From Candidatus Dormiibacterota bacterium (GTDB lineage Bacteria > Chloroflexota > Dormibacteria > Aeolococcales > Bog-877): 64,000 nucleotides of DNA. The position numbers and the translations under genes were made by a program. The stretch lies in the NCBI GenBank assembly GCA_035534695.1, contig DATLRN010000043.1, forward strand, positions 31 to 64,030, in the 5' to 3' direction. Of this stretch, positions 15,869-25,609 are shown piece by piece; the first letter of the stretch is position 1; each line of letters starts with the position of its first letter. The notes beneath the pieces were generated by a model. The model made no database searches. It saw only the letters and a program-made list of their open reading frames with translations, and was not told the origin of the DNA.

Positions 15869-16678
15869 CTATCTCGCGACCGCTGTGCCGGGTGGTCCGG
15901 CGGCGACGATGGCCTCGACCTCGTCTCGGCGCAGGTCAAACGGCCCGAGCTGGGTCAGATACCAGGTCACCCCGACCGCTTCCCAGGGGTCGGGGTCCCC
16001 ACCGGGTGGCTGGGTGATGATGATCTCGAAGGGCTGACCGGCCACCCCACCCTGCGCCAACAGCGCCCGCAGCTCAGTGATCTCAGCAGGGCGTTCCACA
16101 TCGATGACAAAGACACCTTGATATCGCGTCGAGCGGCGAATGGGAGCGCGGTTGGGCCAGCGCGCGGCAACCCAGATGGGCAGAGGCTGCTGGATCGGGG
16201 TGGGAAGGAATTGAGCGGATTCGACCATGTAATGCTGGCCCCGATGCTGCACCTGGCTCCCACCGAGAAGCTGCCCAAGGAGCTCTAGGGATTCGTCCAA
16301 CATCGCAGCCCGCACTCGAGGGTCGAGCTCCTCTCCGAACGTTGCGAACTCACCACCTCGGAGGTCCCCCAGGCCGACTCCGAGAACCAAGCGGCCGTTG
16401 CAGAGCAGGTCGAGGGCGGCTAGCTGACGGGCCAGTACCCAGGGTCGGCGTCGCGGTAGCGGGGTCACCATCGGCCCGAGCTTGATCGTGCTCGTCGACA
16501 AGGCGATCGCGGCTAGGGGGATCCAGGGATCGAGGAGCTGGGACACCCGGGGGAAGACCATGTGGTCCCAGAGAAAAAAGCCTTCCCAGCCGGCCTTCTC
16601 CGCGCGCTGTGCCAGCTCCCCCAGGTACCGGGGATGAGACAGTTCACCGAAGGGCGGAAGGAAGAGACCGTGGCGCAT
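15869..16678 (-). CDS. LLM-class (luciferase-like) flavin/F420-dependent oxidoreductase
   Basis: From the internal ATG (cat 16676-16678): MRHGLFLPPFGELSHPRYLGELAQRAEKAGWEGFFLWDHMVFP...LGPMVTPLPRRRPWVLARQLAALDLLCNGRLVLGVGLG. Confidence 0.8.
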   Translation of the reverse strand: MRHGLFLPPFGELSHPRYLGELAQRAEKAGWEGFFLWDHMVFPRVSQLLDPWIPLAAIALSTSTIKLGPMVTPLPRRRPWVLARQLAALDLLCNGRLVLGVGLGDLRGGEFATFGEELDPRVRAAMLDESLELLGQLLGGSQVQHRGQHYMVESAQFLPTPIQQPLPIWVAARWPNRAPIRRSTRYQGVFVIDVERPAEITELRALLAQGGVAGQPFEIIITQPPGGDPDPWEAVGVTWYLTQLGPFDLRRDEVEAIVAAGPPGTAVAR

Positions 16679-16688
16679 GGCGGCCTGC

Positions 16689-17492
16689 CTAGATGGCCTG
16701 CGCCCGGCGCAGAGGCGTGTTCTGAGCGAGACCTTCCGCAACCGAACCGGACTGAGCCAGGCGCCAAATGTCGTAGCGCTCGCCGCTGCGGACCTGATCC
16801 ACCTGGGCCGCCAAGAGCGAGAAGGCGGGGGCCAGCTCGGCAGGCTCATGCCACTGGGCCTGCTCAGATGGACCTAAGGTGATCAGGGACATGGCGGTGC
16901 GCATAAATGCCCCCGGGGTGACCGAAATCACGGAAACACCGCTGTCCGCCAGCTCCAGGGCGAGCGTCTTGGTCAAGCCTTCGACGCCATGCTTGGAGGG
17001 ACAATAGCCGGACTCGCCCGCAAATCCCATGATTCCCGACTGGGAGGAGACGTTGACGATCAGTCCCTGGGCGCGCTGGCGCATCGCCGGAACGACCTCG
17101 TGGGCAAACAGAAATACCGAGCGCAGGTTAGTGGTGATGACGCGGTCAAACTCCGCCACCGTCATCTCTTCCACCGGCTTCAAGACGATGACGCCTGCGT
17201 TGTTGACGAGGATGTCGATCTGGCCCGAGCGGGCGAGGATGTCGGCAACTACCTGAGACACCTGTTCGGCGTTCCCGACGTCGACCTGCTGGGTCAGCAA
17301 GGGATGTCCTGCCGCATCGGCGGCTTCACTCAGTTCGTCGAGCTCGGTCTGCAGTAAGGAAAGGGCGACTACGGTAGCGCCTGTCTCGGCCAGATGAAGA
17401 GCGATGCTCCGGCCTAGACCGGCGCCGGCTCCGGTGACGATCGCAACCTTCCTCGAGAGGGTGGGCTCGACCTGCTGCTCAGCCGAGGGCAT
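16689..17492 (-). CDS. SDR-family oxidoreductase
   Basis: KVAIVTGAGAGLGRSIA (TGxxxGxG), NNAG, and YCPSKHG (YxxxK). The start at cat 17490-17492 overlaps the upstream gene by 14 nt. Confidence 0.85.
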   Translation of the reverse strand: MPSAEQQVEPTLSRKVAIVTGAGAGLGRSIALHLAETGATVVALSLLQTELDELSEAADAAGHPLLTQQVDVGNAEQVSQVVADILARSGQIDILVNNAGVIVLKPVEEMTVAEFDRVITTNLRSVFLFAHEVVPAMRQRAQGLIVNVSSQSGIMGFAGESGYCPSKHGVEGLTKTLALELADSGVSVISVTPGAFMRTAMSLITLGPSEQAQWHEPAELAPAFSLLAAQVDQVRSGERYDIWRLAQSGSVAEGLAQNTPLRRAQAI

Positions 17493-18705
17493 CGACTGCC
17501 TCCAGCAAGCGGGCCACATCGGTCTGATCGTTGTAGTGCACCAACCCGGCGCGGACGGCACAGCCAGTTTCCCGAATGCCGAGCGCTCCGGTGACCTCCC
17601 AGGCGTAGTTGTCACCACTCCAGACGTTGATCTTGCGCTCCACCAAGCGCTCCGCTACCGCTCGCGGTTGGCGCCCGCGAATATTGAAATATGCGGTGGG
17701 AGCGCGGTTCTCGGCCCTGCCGTAGAGAGTGACGTGAGGCATCTCCTCGAGACCGCTCAAGAGGACCGCGAAGAGTTTGGCTTCGTAGGCACCGACGGCG
17801 GCCATCGATCTGAGCACCCGCTCGCGTCGGGTGCCCTCGGGGTCGGGCACCAGTTGACTCAGGTGTTCGACGGCGGCGGTGACTCCAGCGTAGTCGGCGA
17901 AGGGTGGGGTTCCAGTCTGAAAGCGTTCGGGAACCGCATCTGGAGCCGGCACCAACTTGTCGGGTTCCAGACCCTCCAACACGCGCGGATTCGCCACCAC
18001 GGCGCCGATGTGAGGCCCGCACCATTTGTAGGCACTGGTGGTGTAGAAGTCCGCCCCTAGCCGACCGACGTCGACGGGGCCGTGGGGTGTGGCATGGACG
18101 CCGTCGACGTAGGTGAGGGCTCCAGCGCTGTGGGCGATGGCGCAAATTTCGGCTACCTGGGGTCGGCTTCCGAGCACGTTGCTGGCGGCCGTAACAGCCA
18201 CCAGCCTGGTGCGTTCCCCGATCAGCTCCCGGTACTGCTGGGTGGGAAGCTCACCTCGCTCGACGTCGATCTCGGCCCAGCGGACAGTCACCCCCGCCCG
18301 GGCTGCCAGCTGCAGCCAGGGGCGCACGTTGGCATCGTGTTCGAGCCGGGAGACGACGATCTCATCGCCCGGCTTCCAGGTCTTGGCCAGGGCGGACGCC
18401 AGCCGATAGGTGATCGTAGTCATGTTCGGTCCCAAGATCACACCCTGGGGAGTGCCCCCAACGAGGTCGGCAATGGCCCTCCGGCACTCGTCGACGATGG
18501 CATTGGCCCGGAGGCTGGACGGAAAGGCGCCATCGGTATTGCTGAGACCGGAGCGGTAGGCACCGGCAATCGCTTCGATGACCGATTCAGGAACCTGGGT
18601 CCCGGCTGCCCCGTCCAGATAGGCGTAGCCGTCGGCCAAGGCGGGGAAGCGGCTACGGACCTCGGCAACCTGGAATGTCCGGGCTGACCCAACTTCAGTC
18701 AACAT
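17479..18705 (-). CDS. Class V aminotransferase-fold PLP enzyme (cysteine-desulfurase-like)
   Basis: FPALADGYAYLDGAAGTQVP...VAVTAASNVLGSRP...DGVHATPHGPVDV...FYTTSAYKWCGPHIG (PLP-Lys context). The start is at cat 18703-18705. Confidence 0.85.
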   Translation of the reverse strand: MLTEVGSARTFQVAEVRSRFPALADGYAYLDGAAGTQVPESVIEAIAGAYRSGLSNTDGAFPSSLRANAIVDECRRAIADLVGGTPQGVILGPNMTTITYRLASALAKTWKPGDEIVVSRLEHDANVRPWLQLAARAGVTVRWAEIDVERGELPTQQYRELIGERTRLVAVTAASNVLGSRPQVAEICAIAHSAGALTYVDGVHATPHGPVDVGRLGADFYTTSAYKWCGPHIGAVVANPRVLEGLEPDKLVPAPDAVPERFQTGTPPFADYAGVTAAVEHLSQLVPDPEGTRRERVLRSMAAVGAYEAKLFAVLLSGLEEMPHVTLYGRAENRAPTAYFNIRGRQPRAVAERLVERKINVWSGDNYAWEVTGALGIRETGCAVRAGLVHYNDQTDVARLLEAVDALG

Positions 18706-18706
18706 C

Positions 18707-19687
18707 TCAGCGCCCGACTTCGGACATATCCCGGTAGCGGGGCCCCGCGGTAGAGCCTCTTGGGAAGGCGGACTCGAGCTTCTCGATCTCCTCCGGGGAG
18801 AGCTCGATGGCCACTGCCGCCGCGTCCTCCTCCAGGTAGCCCACCTGCTTGGTGCCAGGGATGGGCACGATGTCGCGCCCGCGGTGCAAGAGCCAGGCCA
18901 GCGCCAACTGGGCCGGGCTGGTGCCCCGATCCGCGGCAACTTGGGCGAGAAGGTCTACGGAGCGGCGATTGCGGCTGAAGTTGTCGCCTTGGAAGCGGGG
19001 CCCGCGCCGGCGCGAGTCGCCTTCGGCGAAGTCTTGGGGCGTCTGGAAGGTGCCGGACAGGAAGCCACGTCCCAGGGGGCTGTAGGCGACGAAGCCGATG
19101 CCCAGCTCGCGCACCGTGGCCAGAATCTCGTCTTCCGGGTCTCTTGACCAGAGCGAGTACTCGGTCTGAAGAGCCGAGATCGGATGGACGGCATGAGCCT
19201 GGCGGATGGTCTCCGGTCCCGCTTCCGAGAGCCCGAGGTAGCGGACCTTGCCGGCCGCGACCAGCTCCGCCATGGCGGAGACCGTCTCCTCGATGGGGGT
19301 GGCTGGGTCGACCCGGTGCTGGTAGTAGAGGTCGATCTGCTCGACCCCAAGACGCTCCAGGGAGGCGTCGCAACACTGCCGCACGTAGGCAGCATTCCCC
19401 CGGACTCCCAGGCTCTTACCGTCGGCGCCGAAGGCGTAGCCGAACTTGGTGGCCAGCACGACCTCCTGGCGGCGATGGTTCAAGACCTGCTCAAGAAGAC
19501 GCTCATTGCTGCCTCTGCCGTACATGTCGGCGGTATCCAGGAAGGTCACTCCCAGGTCGATGGCGCGATTGAGCGTGGCCAGCGAGGCGGCGTCCTCGGC
19601 AGTCCCGTAGACACCGGCCATACCCATGCAGCCCAGTCCGATAGCGGAGACCTCGAGCCCTTCCCTGCCAAGTTTTCGCAGCTTCAA
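18707..19687 (-). CDS. Aldo/keto reductase
   Basis: [23 protein letters not shown]...[17 protein letters not shown]...[11 protein letters not shown]...VRYLGLSEA. Confidence 0.9.
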   Translation of the reverse strand: MKLRKLGREGLEVSAIGLGCMGMAGVYGTAEDAASLATLNRAIDLGVTFLDTADMYGRGSNERLLEQVLNHRRQEVVLATKFGYAFGADGKSLGVRGNAAYVRQCCDASLERLGVEQIDLYYQHRVDPATPIEETVSAMAELVAAGKVRYLGLSEAGPETIRQAHAVHPISALQTEYSLWSRDPEDEILATVRELGIGFVAYSPLGRGFLSGTFQTPQDFAEGDSRRRGPRFQGDNFSRNRRSVDLLAQVAADRGTSPAQLALAWLLHRGRDIVPIPGTKQVGYLEEDAAAVAIELSPEEIEKLESAFPRGSTAGPRYRDMSEVGR

Positions 19688-19877
19688 AGTTTCTCCCTGA
19701 TAGGGCGCCGGAATGCCCCCTGACCCGGCCGACTCGCCGCCGCCATTGAACCAGCCCTGCCCTGGCGCGGGCGCCGGCGGAGGGGCACGGCCGTCCGGCT
19801 AATATCGCAAACCTTGCGTTGTCCGCCCTGCCTGGGCGCGGTCGCCGGGGCAAGCCGGTTTGGTCTTGGAGGTGGTC

Positions 19878-20657
19878 ATGGAGCTAGGTCTCGGCGGGCG
19901 CAGGACCTTGATTACCGGAGCCAGTCGGGGGATTGGACTGGAGATCGCCCGAACGCTGGCGGCCGAGGGGGGATCAGTCGCCATCTGTGCCCGCGAGGAG
20001 GGCCCCCTCTCCGAAGCGGAGGCGGAGCTGCGCTCTCTGGGGGCGACCGTTTTTGCCGAGAGTGTCGACGTCACCGAGTCCGGTAGGCTGGCCGCCTTCG
20101 TGGAGCATGCCGCCGACGCCCTGGCAGGGCTGGACGCGGTGGTGGCCAACGCCGGCGGCAGTAGCGGCGGCTGCCTGGTTGAGTCCACCAGCGAGCAGTG
20201 GCAGGACACCTACCAGCTCAACGTCGGCCACGCTGCCGACCTGGTCAGGGCGGCCATGCCCTACCTGGCCGCGGCGGACGGAGCGGCCGCCGTGTTGATC
20301 TCGTCGATCTCGGGCAGCAAGCCGGCCCCGCGCGCCCAGTACGGGGCCAGCAAGGCGGGCCTGATCTACCTGGCGGCTGCCCTGGCCCGGGAGTTGAGTC
20401 CGCAGCACATCCGGGTCAATGCTGTGAGCCCAGGGTCGATCCTCTTTCCCGGCGGCGGATGGGACTCCTTGCGAATCAGCGATCCGCAGCGCTTCCAGGC
20501 CTTCTTGGACCGGGACCTGCCCGAGGGACGTCTGGGGACGGTGCAGGAGGTGGCCCGGGTCGTCGCATTCTTGCTATCCCCAGCCGCTAGCTGGGTAAAC
20601 GGAGCCAACATCGCCATCGACGGGGCCCAGGGACGCCCCAGTTCCGCCGGATGGTAG
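19878..20657 (+). CDS. SDR-family oxidoreductase (FabG-like)
   Basis: RRTLITGASRGIGLEIA, NAGG, YGASKAGL. It is divergent from the AKR operon across a 190-bp spacer. Confidence 0.85.
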   Translation: MELGLGGRRTLITGASRGIGLEIARTLAAEGGSVAICAREEGPLSEAEAELRSLGATVFAESVDVTESGRLAAFVEHAADALAGLDAVVANAGGSSGGCLVESTSEQWQDTYQLNVGHAADLVRAAMPYLAAADGAAAVLISSISGSKPAPRAQYGASKAGLIYLAAALARELSPQHIRVNAVSPGSILFPGGGWDSLRISDPQRFQAFLDRDLPEGRLGTVQEVARVVAFLLSPAASWVNGANIAIDGAQGRPSSAGW

Positions 20658-21721
20658 ACAACTCCTCCGCTGAGCGGCGGGGATCGCTGGTGGTGATGAT
20701 CTCGAGCCCCCTCGAGCCCGAGTTGGTAGATCTGATTCGAGCCACCCCAGTCGTCTCCGAGGTGCTCTACGATCCGATCCTTCTTCCACCAGCTCGTTAC
20801 CCCAACGACCATGGCGGTGACCCCACCTTCAGGCGAACTGAGGCCCAGGAACTGCGATGGCGGGAGATGCTCAGTCGAGCCGATGCTCTGATCGGCTACC
20901 CCCAGGAGAGCGCCGGGGAGCTGGCCCGAGTTCTTGAGCAAGCGCCCCGGGTGCGCTTCGTCCAGGGGACCTCGGCGGGGATGGGAGCGCACATTCGCCG
21001 GGCTGAGCTTTCCCGAGAGGTGCTGGAACGGGTCAACTTTGCATCGGCGGCGGGGGTGCATGCGGGAATGCTGGCCGAGTTCGTCTTCTACGGTCTGCTC
21101 TGGCTCCGCAAGGATGCCGCGCGGCTGGCCGAGATCCGCGCCGCCCAGGCTTGGACCCACTACGCCATGGGAGAACTCCAGGGCTCGACGGTCGCGGTGG
21201 TGGGGATGGGCCACATCGGCCGGGCCGTCGCCAGCCGAGCTCGGGCCTTCGGCATGGAGGTCCTGGCGGTAACCCGGACGGCCGCACCCGAGCCATTGGC
21301 AGATTCGGTATTCCCTACTACCGAATTGACCCAGGCATTTCGCCGCACCGATGCCGTTGTCCTGACCCTGCCCCTGACGCCCCTGACCACCGGCCTGATC
21401 TCGACCAAGGTCCTGGGAGCGCTGCGCCCGACGGCGGTGCTTTGCAACGTCGGCCGGGGCGCGGTGATAGATCAGCCAGCCCTCCTCGAGCTGTTGCAGG
21501 TGGGCCGCCTGGCGGGTGCCGTGCTCGATGTCTTTGCCGAGGAGCCGCTGCCCCCGGGCCATCCTCTCTGGACCATGGAGAACGTGGTCCTCAGTCCCCA
21601 TACCGCCGCCCTCTCGGTTCACGAGAGCCGGCGCATCGTCGAACTCTTCTGCAAGAACCTGAGCCGTCTGGCAGCTGACGAGCCTCTGCTCAGCGCCGTC
21701 AACCTGCGCGAGTTCTACTAG
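20651..21721 (+). CDS. D-isomer-specific 2-hydroxyacid dehydrogenase
   Basis: VAVVGMGHIGRAVA (GxGxxG), LPLTPLTTGLI, NVGRGAVID, FAEEPLPPGHPLW...SPHTAA. The start is uncertain and an internal Met is possible. Confidence 0.85.
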   Translation: MVDNSSAERRGSLVVMISSPLEPELVDLIRATPVVSEVLYDPILLPPARYPNDHGGDPTFRRTEAQELRWREMLSRADALIGYPQESAGELARVLEQAPRVRFVQGTSAGMGAHIRRAELSREVLERVNFASAAGVHAGMLAEFVFYGLLWLRKDAARLAEIRAAQAWTHYAMGELQGSTVAVVGMGHIGRAVASRARAFGMEVLAVTRTAAPEPLADSVFPTTELTQAFRRTDAVVLTLPLTPLTTGLISTKVLGALRPTAVLCNVGRGAVIDQPALLELLQVGRLAGAVLDVFAEEPLPPGHPLWTMENVVLSPHTAALSVHESRRIVELFCKNLSRLAADEPLLSAVNLREFY

Positions 21722-21729
21722 GCCAAGTT

Positions 21730-22737
21730 ATGACGCAAACGGTCCGGTGGGGGATTCTCAGCACTGCCAACATCGCCGTCAAGCGCTTCATCCCCGGGGC
21801 CCAGAAGTCCCACAACGGGGTGGTCGCGGCGATCGCCAGTCGGGATCTGGACCGGGCCCGCCGGGTCGCGGAGCGGCTGTCGATTCCCCGCGCCTACGGC
21901 TCCTACCAGGAGCTGATCGAGGATCCCGACGTCGACGCCATCTACATCCCCCTGCCCAACAGCATGCACGCGGAGTGGACCATCAAGGCGGCGGCCGCCG
22001 GCAAGCCGGTGCTCTGCGAGAAGCCCCTGGGTCTGACCAGCAGCGAGGCGTTGACCATGATCGAGGCCTGCCGGCGCCACAACGTCCTGCTGATGGAGGC
22101 ATTCATGTACCGCTTCCACCCGCAGCAAGCACTGGTGCGTTCGCTGATCGATGGTGGTGCAATCGGCGACTTGCGCGCTGTCCGGGCCGCCTTCACCTTC
22201 ATGCTCGAACCCTTTCCTCCGGCCAACGTGCGTCTCCGCGCGGAATTGGGGGGAGGGGCGCTCATGGACGTCGGCTGCTATGCCGTCAACGCCGCCCGGA
22301 TGCTGTTTGGTGCAGAGCCGGTGGCAGCGTCGGCGCTCTGGGACCTCCGGCCCGAGTTCGGGGTCGAGGTCTCGTTGGCAGGGATCCTCGACTTCGGCGG
22401 CGGCCGCTTCGCCACCTTCGACTGCGGCTTCCGAGCTCCGGGCCGGGGCTGGTACACCGTCGTGGGCACTAAGGGCCAGATCGAGGTGCCCGACGCCTTC
22501 GTACCCGCCGAGGCTGACCTTCAGGTTCGGGTCACCAAGGCGGGGGCGACGGTGGAGCATCTAGTCCCGGGCGTGGACCAATACCAGCTCGAGGCGGAGG
22601 AATTCGCTGCGGCCCTGCTCAACTCGCGCCGGCTGCAGATCCCGCCGGAGGACGCGGTGGCCACCCTGCGAGTCATCGAGGCGCTGCACCGCGCAGCCTC
22701 TCGGGAGGGTGAGCGTCAGTCGGTCAGTGTCGGTTGA
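21730..22737 (+). CDS. Gfo/Idh/MocA-family NAD(P)-dependent oxidoreductase
   Basis: VRWGILSTANIAVKRFIPG...AIYIPLPNSMHAEW...GKPVLCEKPL. Confidence 0.9.
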   Translation: MTQTVRWGILSTANIAVKRFIPGAQKSHNGVVAAIASRDLDRARRVAERLSIPRAYGSYQELIEDPDVDAIYIPLPNSMHAEWTIKAAAAGKPVLCEKPLGLTSSEALTMIEACRRHNVLLMEAFMYRFHPQQALVRSLIDGGAIGDLRAVRAAFTFMLEPFPPANVRLRAELGGGALMDVGCYAVNAARMLFGAEPVAASALWDLRPEFGVEVSLAGILDFGGGRFATFDCGFRAPGRGWYTVVGTKGQIEVPDAFVPAEADLQVRVTKAGATVEHLVPGVDQYQLEAEEFAAALLNSRRLQIPPEDAVATLRVIEALHRAASREGERQSVSVG

Positions 22738-22879
22738 CCGGTCGTTCTAGCGGCCGCTGGAGCCCGAAATCCGGCCGACAGTTGACAATTGTTTCACCCC
22801 TCTGTTACCGTCCCCACCCAGGCCGGTCGGAGCGGCCCATCAATCTCAAACGCGGTCATTTTCCGGGGGGGAGTCTCTC

Positions 22880-24700
22880 TTGAGATCTAGGGTCCTTACC
22901 AGCATCGTCATCACCCTGCTGGCCGCCAGCGTGGTCCTGGGTGGGTCAAGTTCCGCCTTGGCCAAGTCGAGCAGCAAGTCGGGCGGTACTGTCACCTTCG
23001 CCTTGCCCCCCGGTTCGATTCCCACTTACATATTTCCCTTCGTGAGCGGCCCCAACTCCAACAACATCGATCTCTTCCAACTCACTCCCTACCTGTGGCG
23101 GCCGCTCTACTGGTTCGGTAAGGGCAACCAGGCGGGCATCAACTACTCCCAGAGTGTGGGTAAGCCCCCCGTCTACTCCAACGGCGGCCGTACCGTCACG
23201 ATCACGCTCAACCGGGACTTCAAGTGGTCAGATGGCCAGCCGGTCACCAACCGCGACGTGGAACTGTGGATGAACATCTTCATGGCGGAGAAGGCCAACT
23301 ACCTCGCGTACTCGGTGGGCAGCATTCCTGACGACATCAGCTCGATGAGCTTCCCGGCCAGCACGCCCTACCAGTTCAGCCTCACGTTCAACAAGGCCTA
23401 CAGCCATCTCTGGCTGCTCTACAACCAGTTGAGCCAGATCACTCCGATCCCCCAGAACGCTTGGGACAGGACTTCGGCGACGGGCGCCGTGGGCGACTAC
23501 GACCTGACCACGGCGGGTGCGACTGCCGTCTACAACTTCCTCAACGGCCAGTCCAGCCAGGAGTCCACCTACGCTTCCAACCCGCTGTGGAAGACGGTGG
23601 ACGGGCCCTGGAAGCTGTCCGCCTTCAGCTCCACCACCGGCTATTCGGCCTTCGTCCCCAATCCCACCTACGGCGGACCCGGCAAGCCCAAGATCGCTAA
23701 GTTCGAGGAGATTCCGTTCACCAGCGACACGGCAGAGTTCGATGCCCTGCGCTCGGGAGAGCTTGACTACGGCTACTTGCCCTCTGAGGACATCTCCCAG
23801 GAGAGCTACTTCAAGTCCAAGGGCTACAAGATCGCGCCTTGGACCGACTTTGGATTCAACGACTTCTTCGTCAACTTCCTGAGCCCCAAGGTGGGTGCCA
23901 TCTTCCGCCAGCTCTATATCCGCCAGGCCTTGCAGAAGCTGGTCAACCAGCCGCAGATCTCCAAGGACATCTACCACAACACTGCCTATCCGACCTACGG
24001 GCCGGTCCCGGTCACGCCGCCCAATCCCTATGTCTCCAAGGCGGTCAAAGCCAACCCATATCCCTTTAGTGTTCCGGGAGCCAAGAAGCTGCTCTCCACA
24101 CACGGCTGGTCGATCCACCCCGGTGGAACCGACACCTGCACCGATCCGGGGACCGGCTCCAACCAGTGCGGCGCCGGGATCACCAACGGCGAGGCGTTGA
24201 ACTTCACCGAACTGGTGGCGACCGGATCGGCTCCCTTCACTGCTGAAGTCGAGTCCATCCAGTCCAACTGGTCGGATGTGGGGATCCACGTGACCCTGCA
24301 TCAGGAATCGCCGAACCAGATCTTCGCCGGCCTCGAGCCCTGCTCAGACGGCAACGCCGGTTGCCAGTGGGAGATGGCCAACTTCGGGGCTCCGGGCGAG
24401 ACCCCGACCTACTCGCCGGAATACCTGCCCACGGGCGGCCCCTGGTTCGCCACTAACGGCGCCAACAACGTCCAGGGCTACAGCAACCCGACCATGGACG
24501 CCAAGATCGCGGCGACCGAGACCGACTCATCGCCATCCGCGGTACGGGCATTCGGTACTTTCGCGGCTGAGAATCTGCCCAACATCTGGGAGCCTGACTA
24601 CGACTACCAGCTCTCGGTGATAAGTCCCAAGCTGCACGGGGCCGTACCCCAAGATCCGAACCTCAATCTCTATCCGCAGAACTGGACTCTAAGCTCCTAG
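22880..24700 (+). CDS. ABC transporter substrate-binding protein, family 5 (peptide/opine/nickel type), secreted
   Basis: Signal peptide MRSRVLTSIVITLLAASVVLGGSSSALA. The length (606 aa) and motifs (WSDGQPVTNRDV, NPTYGGPGKPKI) fit DppA/OppA-like SBPs. TTG start is preceded by GGGGGGGAG. Confidence 0.9.
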   Translation: MRSRVLTSIVITLLAASVVLGGSSSALAKSSSKSGGTVTFALPPGSIPTYIFPFVSGPNSNNIDLFQLTPYLWRPLYWFGKGNQAGINYSQSVGKPPVYSNGGRTVTITLNRDFKWSDGQPVTNRDVELWMNIFMAEKANYLAYSVGSIPDDISSMSFPASTPYQFSLTFNKAYSHLWLLYNQLSQITPIPQNAWDRTSATGAVGDYDLTTAGATAVYNFLNGQSSQESTYASNPLWKTVDGPWKLSAFSSTTGYSAFVPNPTYGGPGKPKIAKFEEIPFTSDTAEFDALRSGELDYGYLPSEDISQESYFKSKGYKIAPWTDFGFNDFFVNFLSPKVGAIFRQLYIRQALQKLVNQPQISKDIYHNTAYPTYGPVPVTPPNPYVSKAVKANPYPFSVPGAKKLLSTHGWSIHPGGTDTCTDPGTGSNQCGAGITNGEALNFTELVATGSAPFTAEVESIQSNWSDVGIHVTLHQESPNQIFAGLEPCSDGNAGCQWEMANFGAPGETPTYSPEYLPTGGPWFATNGANNVQGYSNPTMDAKIAATETDSSPSAVRAFGTFAAENLPNIWEPDYDYQLSVISPKLHGAVPQDPNLNLYPQNWTLSS

Positions 24701-25124
24701 GTCCAGGTAAGCGACTCCGGCTTTCCACGGCGCGACTGAAGCCGTGGCCAGGGCTCCACCCCTGGTCGCGGCTTCTCATTGTGTGGGGTACCCATATCCA
24801 GCCGCCTTGCTGGGTGGAGGAGCCGGGAGGGGACGGGGCTATTCCTCATTAATGGAGGGCACACTAATTGGGAGGTGCTGCGGATCTCTGCCTGACCGGC
24901 CAGGGGCGGCCCTCTGGCCGCGAGCCCACCGGATCCCAACCGATCCTCGGCCGGCAGAGCTGAGTCCACTAGAGGTGGACGTGGTGCGCGAGACGGTGGA
25001 TGTCCGGGAGCCCCGAGCCGAGGCTTGCCCGACCCAACCACCTCGTCTTACCCAGGCAAGAGCCCAGCGGCCGGTTGCTGGGCAACTTCTAGTCTTGGCC
25101 TGGCGACCACTGGCGACCACAGGT

Positions 25125-25325
25125 TTAATCCGATTGGGTCCACTTCTTAGGCGGAGGGTAGATATATCTGGCGATTGTGCCTGATATCCACGCGATAGCA
25201 AATCCGCCGAAGACCAGTAGGAAGCGGTTCAGCGCGCTGGGGTTATTTTTCAGCGCCCAAATCCCCAAGACCACGGCCCACACGACGGCCAAACCGATGC
25301 TGTATACCCAATAGTTCCGTCTCAC
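25125..25325 (-). CDS. Small two-TM membrane protein in a low-GC islet, function unknown
   Basis: MRRNYWVYSIGLAVVWAVVLGIWALKNNPSALNRFLLVFGGFAIAWISGTIARYIYPPPKKW. There are no competing ORFs. Local composition is visibly AT-richer than the flanks. Confidence 0.4.
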   Translation of the reverse strand: MRRNYWVYSIGLAVVWAVVLGIWALKNNPSALNRFLLVFGGFAIAWISGTIARYIYPPPKKWTQSD

Positions 25326-25609
25326 ACCATTTCACCTCGCAGTACGCCGGATCCGATGGTCACGACGGATGCACAGTACCGCTCTGTAGGCTGCGGTGGC
25401 CCGTGCAAGCCTGCGATCACTCATTGGGACTGCTCGCCATGCCGGGATCGCACGTCACCACGGTGACGGTCCGGAAGGATCGCAGGGCTACGCAGCAGAG
25501 GAACGGCGCAGCTGACGAGTGGCACCTGTACAACTTCTCACCATTGGTATCCGGACGGCGACGATGGAGCAGAACTTACCTCGCTAGCGGTAGCTCCAAC
25601 GGATTTCGG

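Noticed and set aside
19688-19877. Confident GntR operator call in the divergent promoter
   Set aside because: Only a short 5-3-5 palindrome (cgcaa acc ttgcg) and a loose TGGT…ACCA-like stretch are present. This is too weak to annotate as a regulatory feature without comparative or experimental data.
20366-21622. 418-aa ORF on the minus strand
   Set aside because: It is antisense to the SDR and D-2-hydroxyacid dehydrogenase genes, has low-complexity Gly/Arg/Pro composition and shows no recognisable domain.
23228-24301. 357-aa ORF on the minus strand
   Set aside because: It is antisense to the family-5 substrate-binding protein gene and has Gly/Arg/Val-rich shadow composition.
25101-25120. 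Tandem 10-bp duplicate as a CRISPR or microsatellite array
   Set aside because: There are only two copies, with no spacers and no further repeats. It is noted as part of the low-GC islet finding only.
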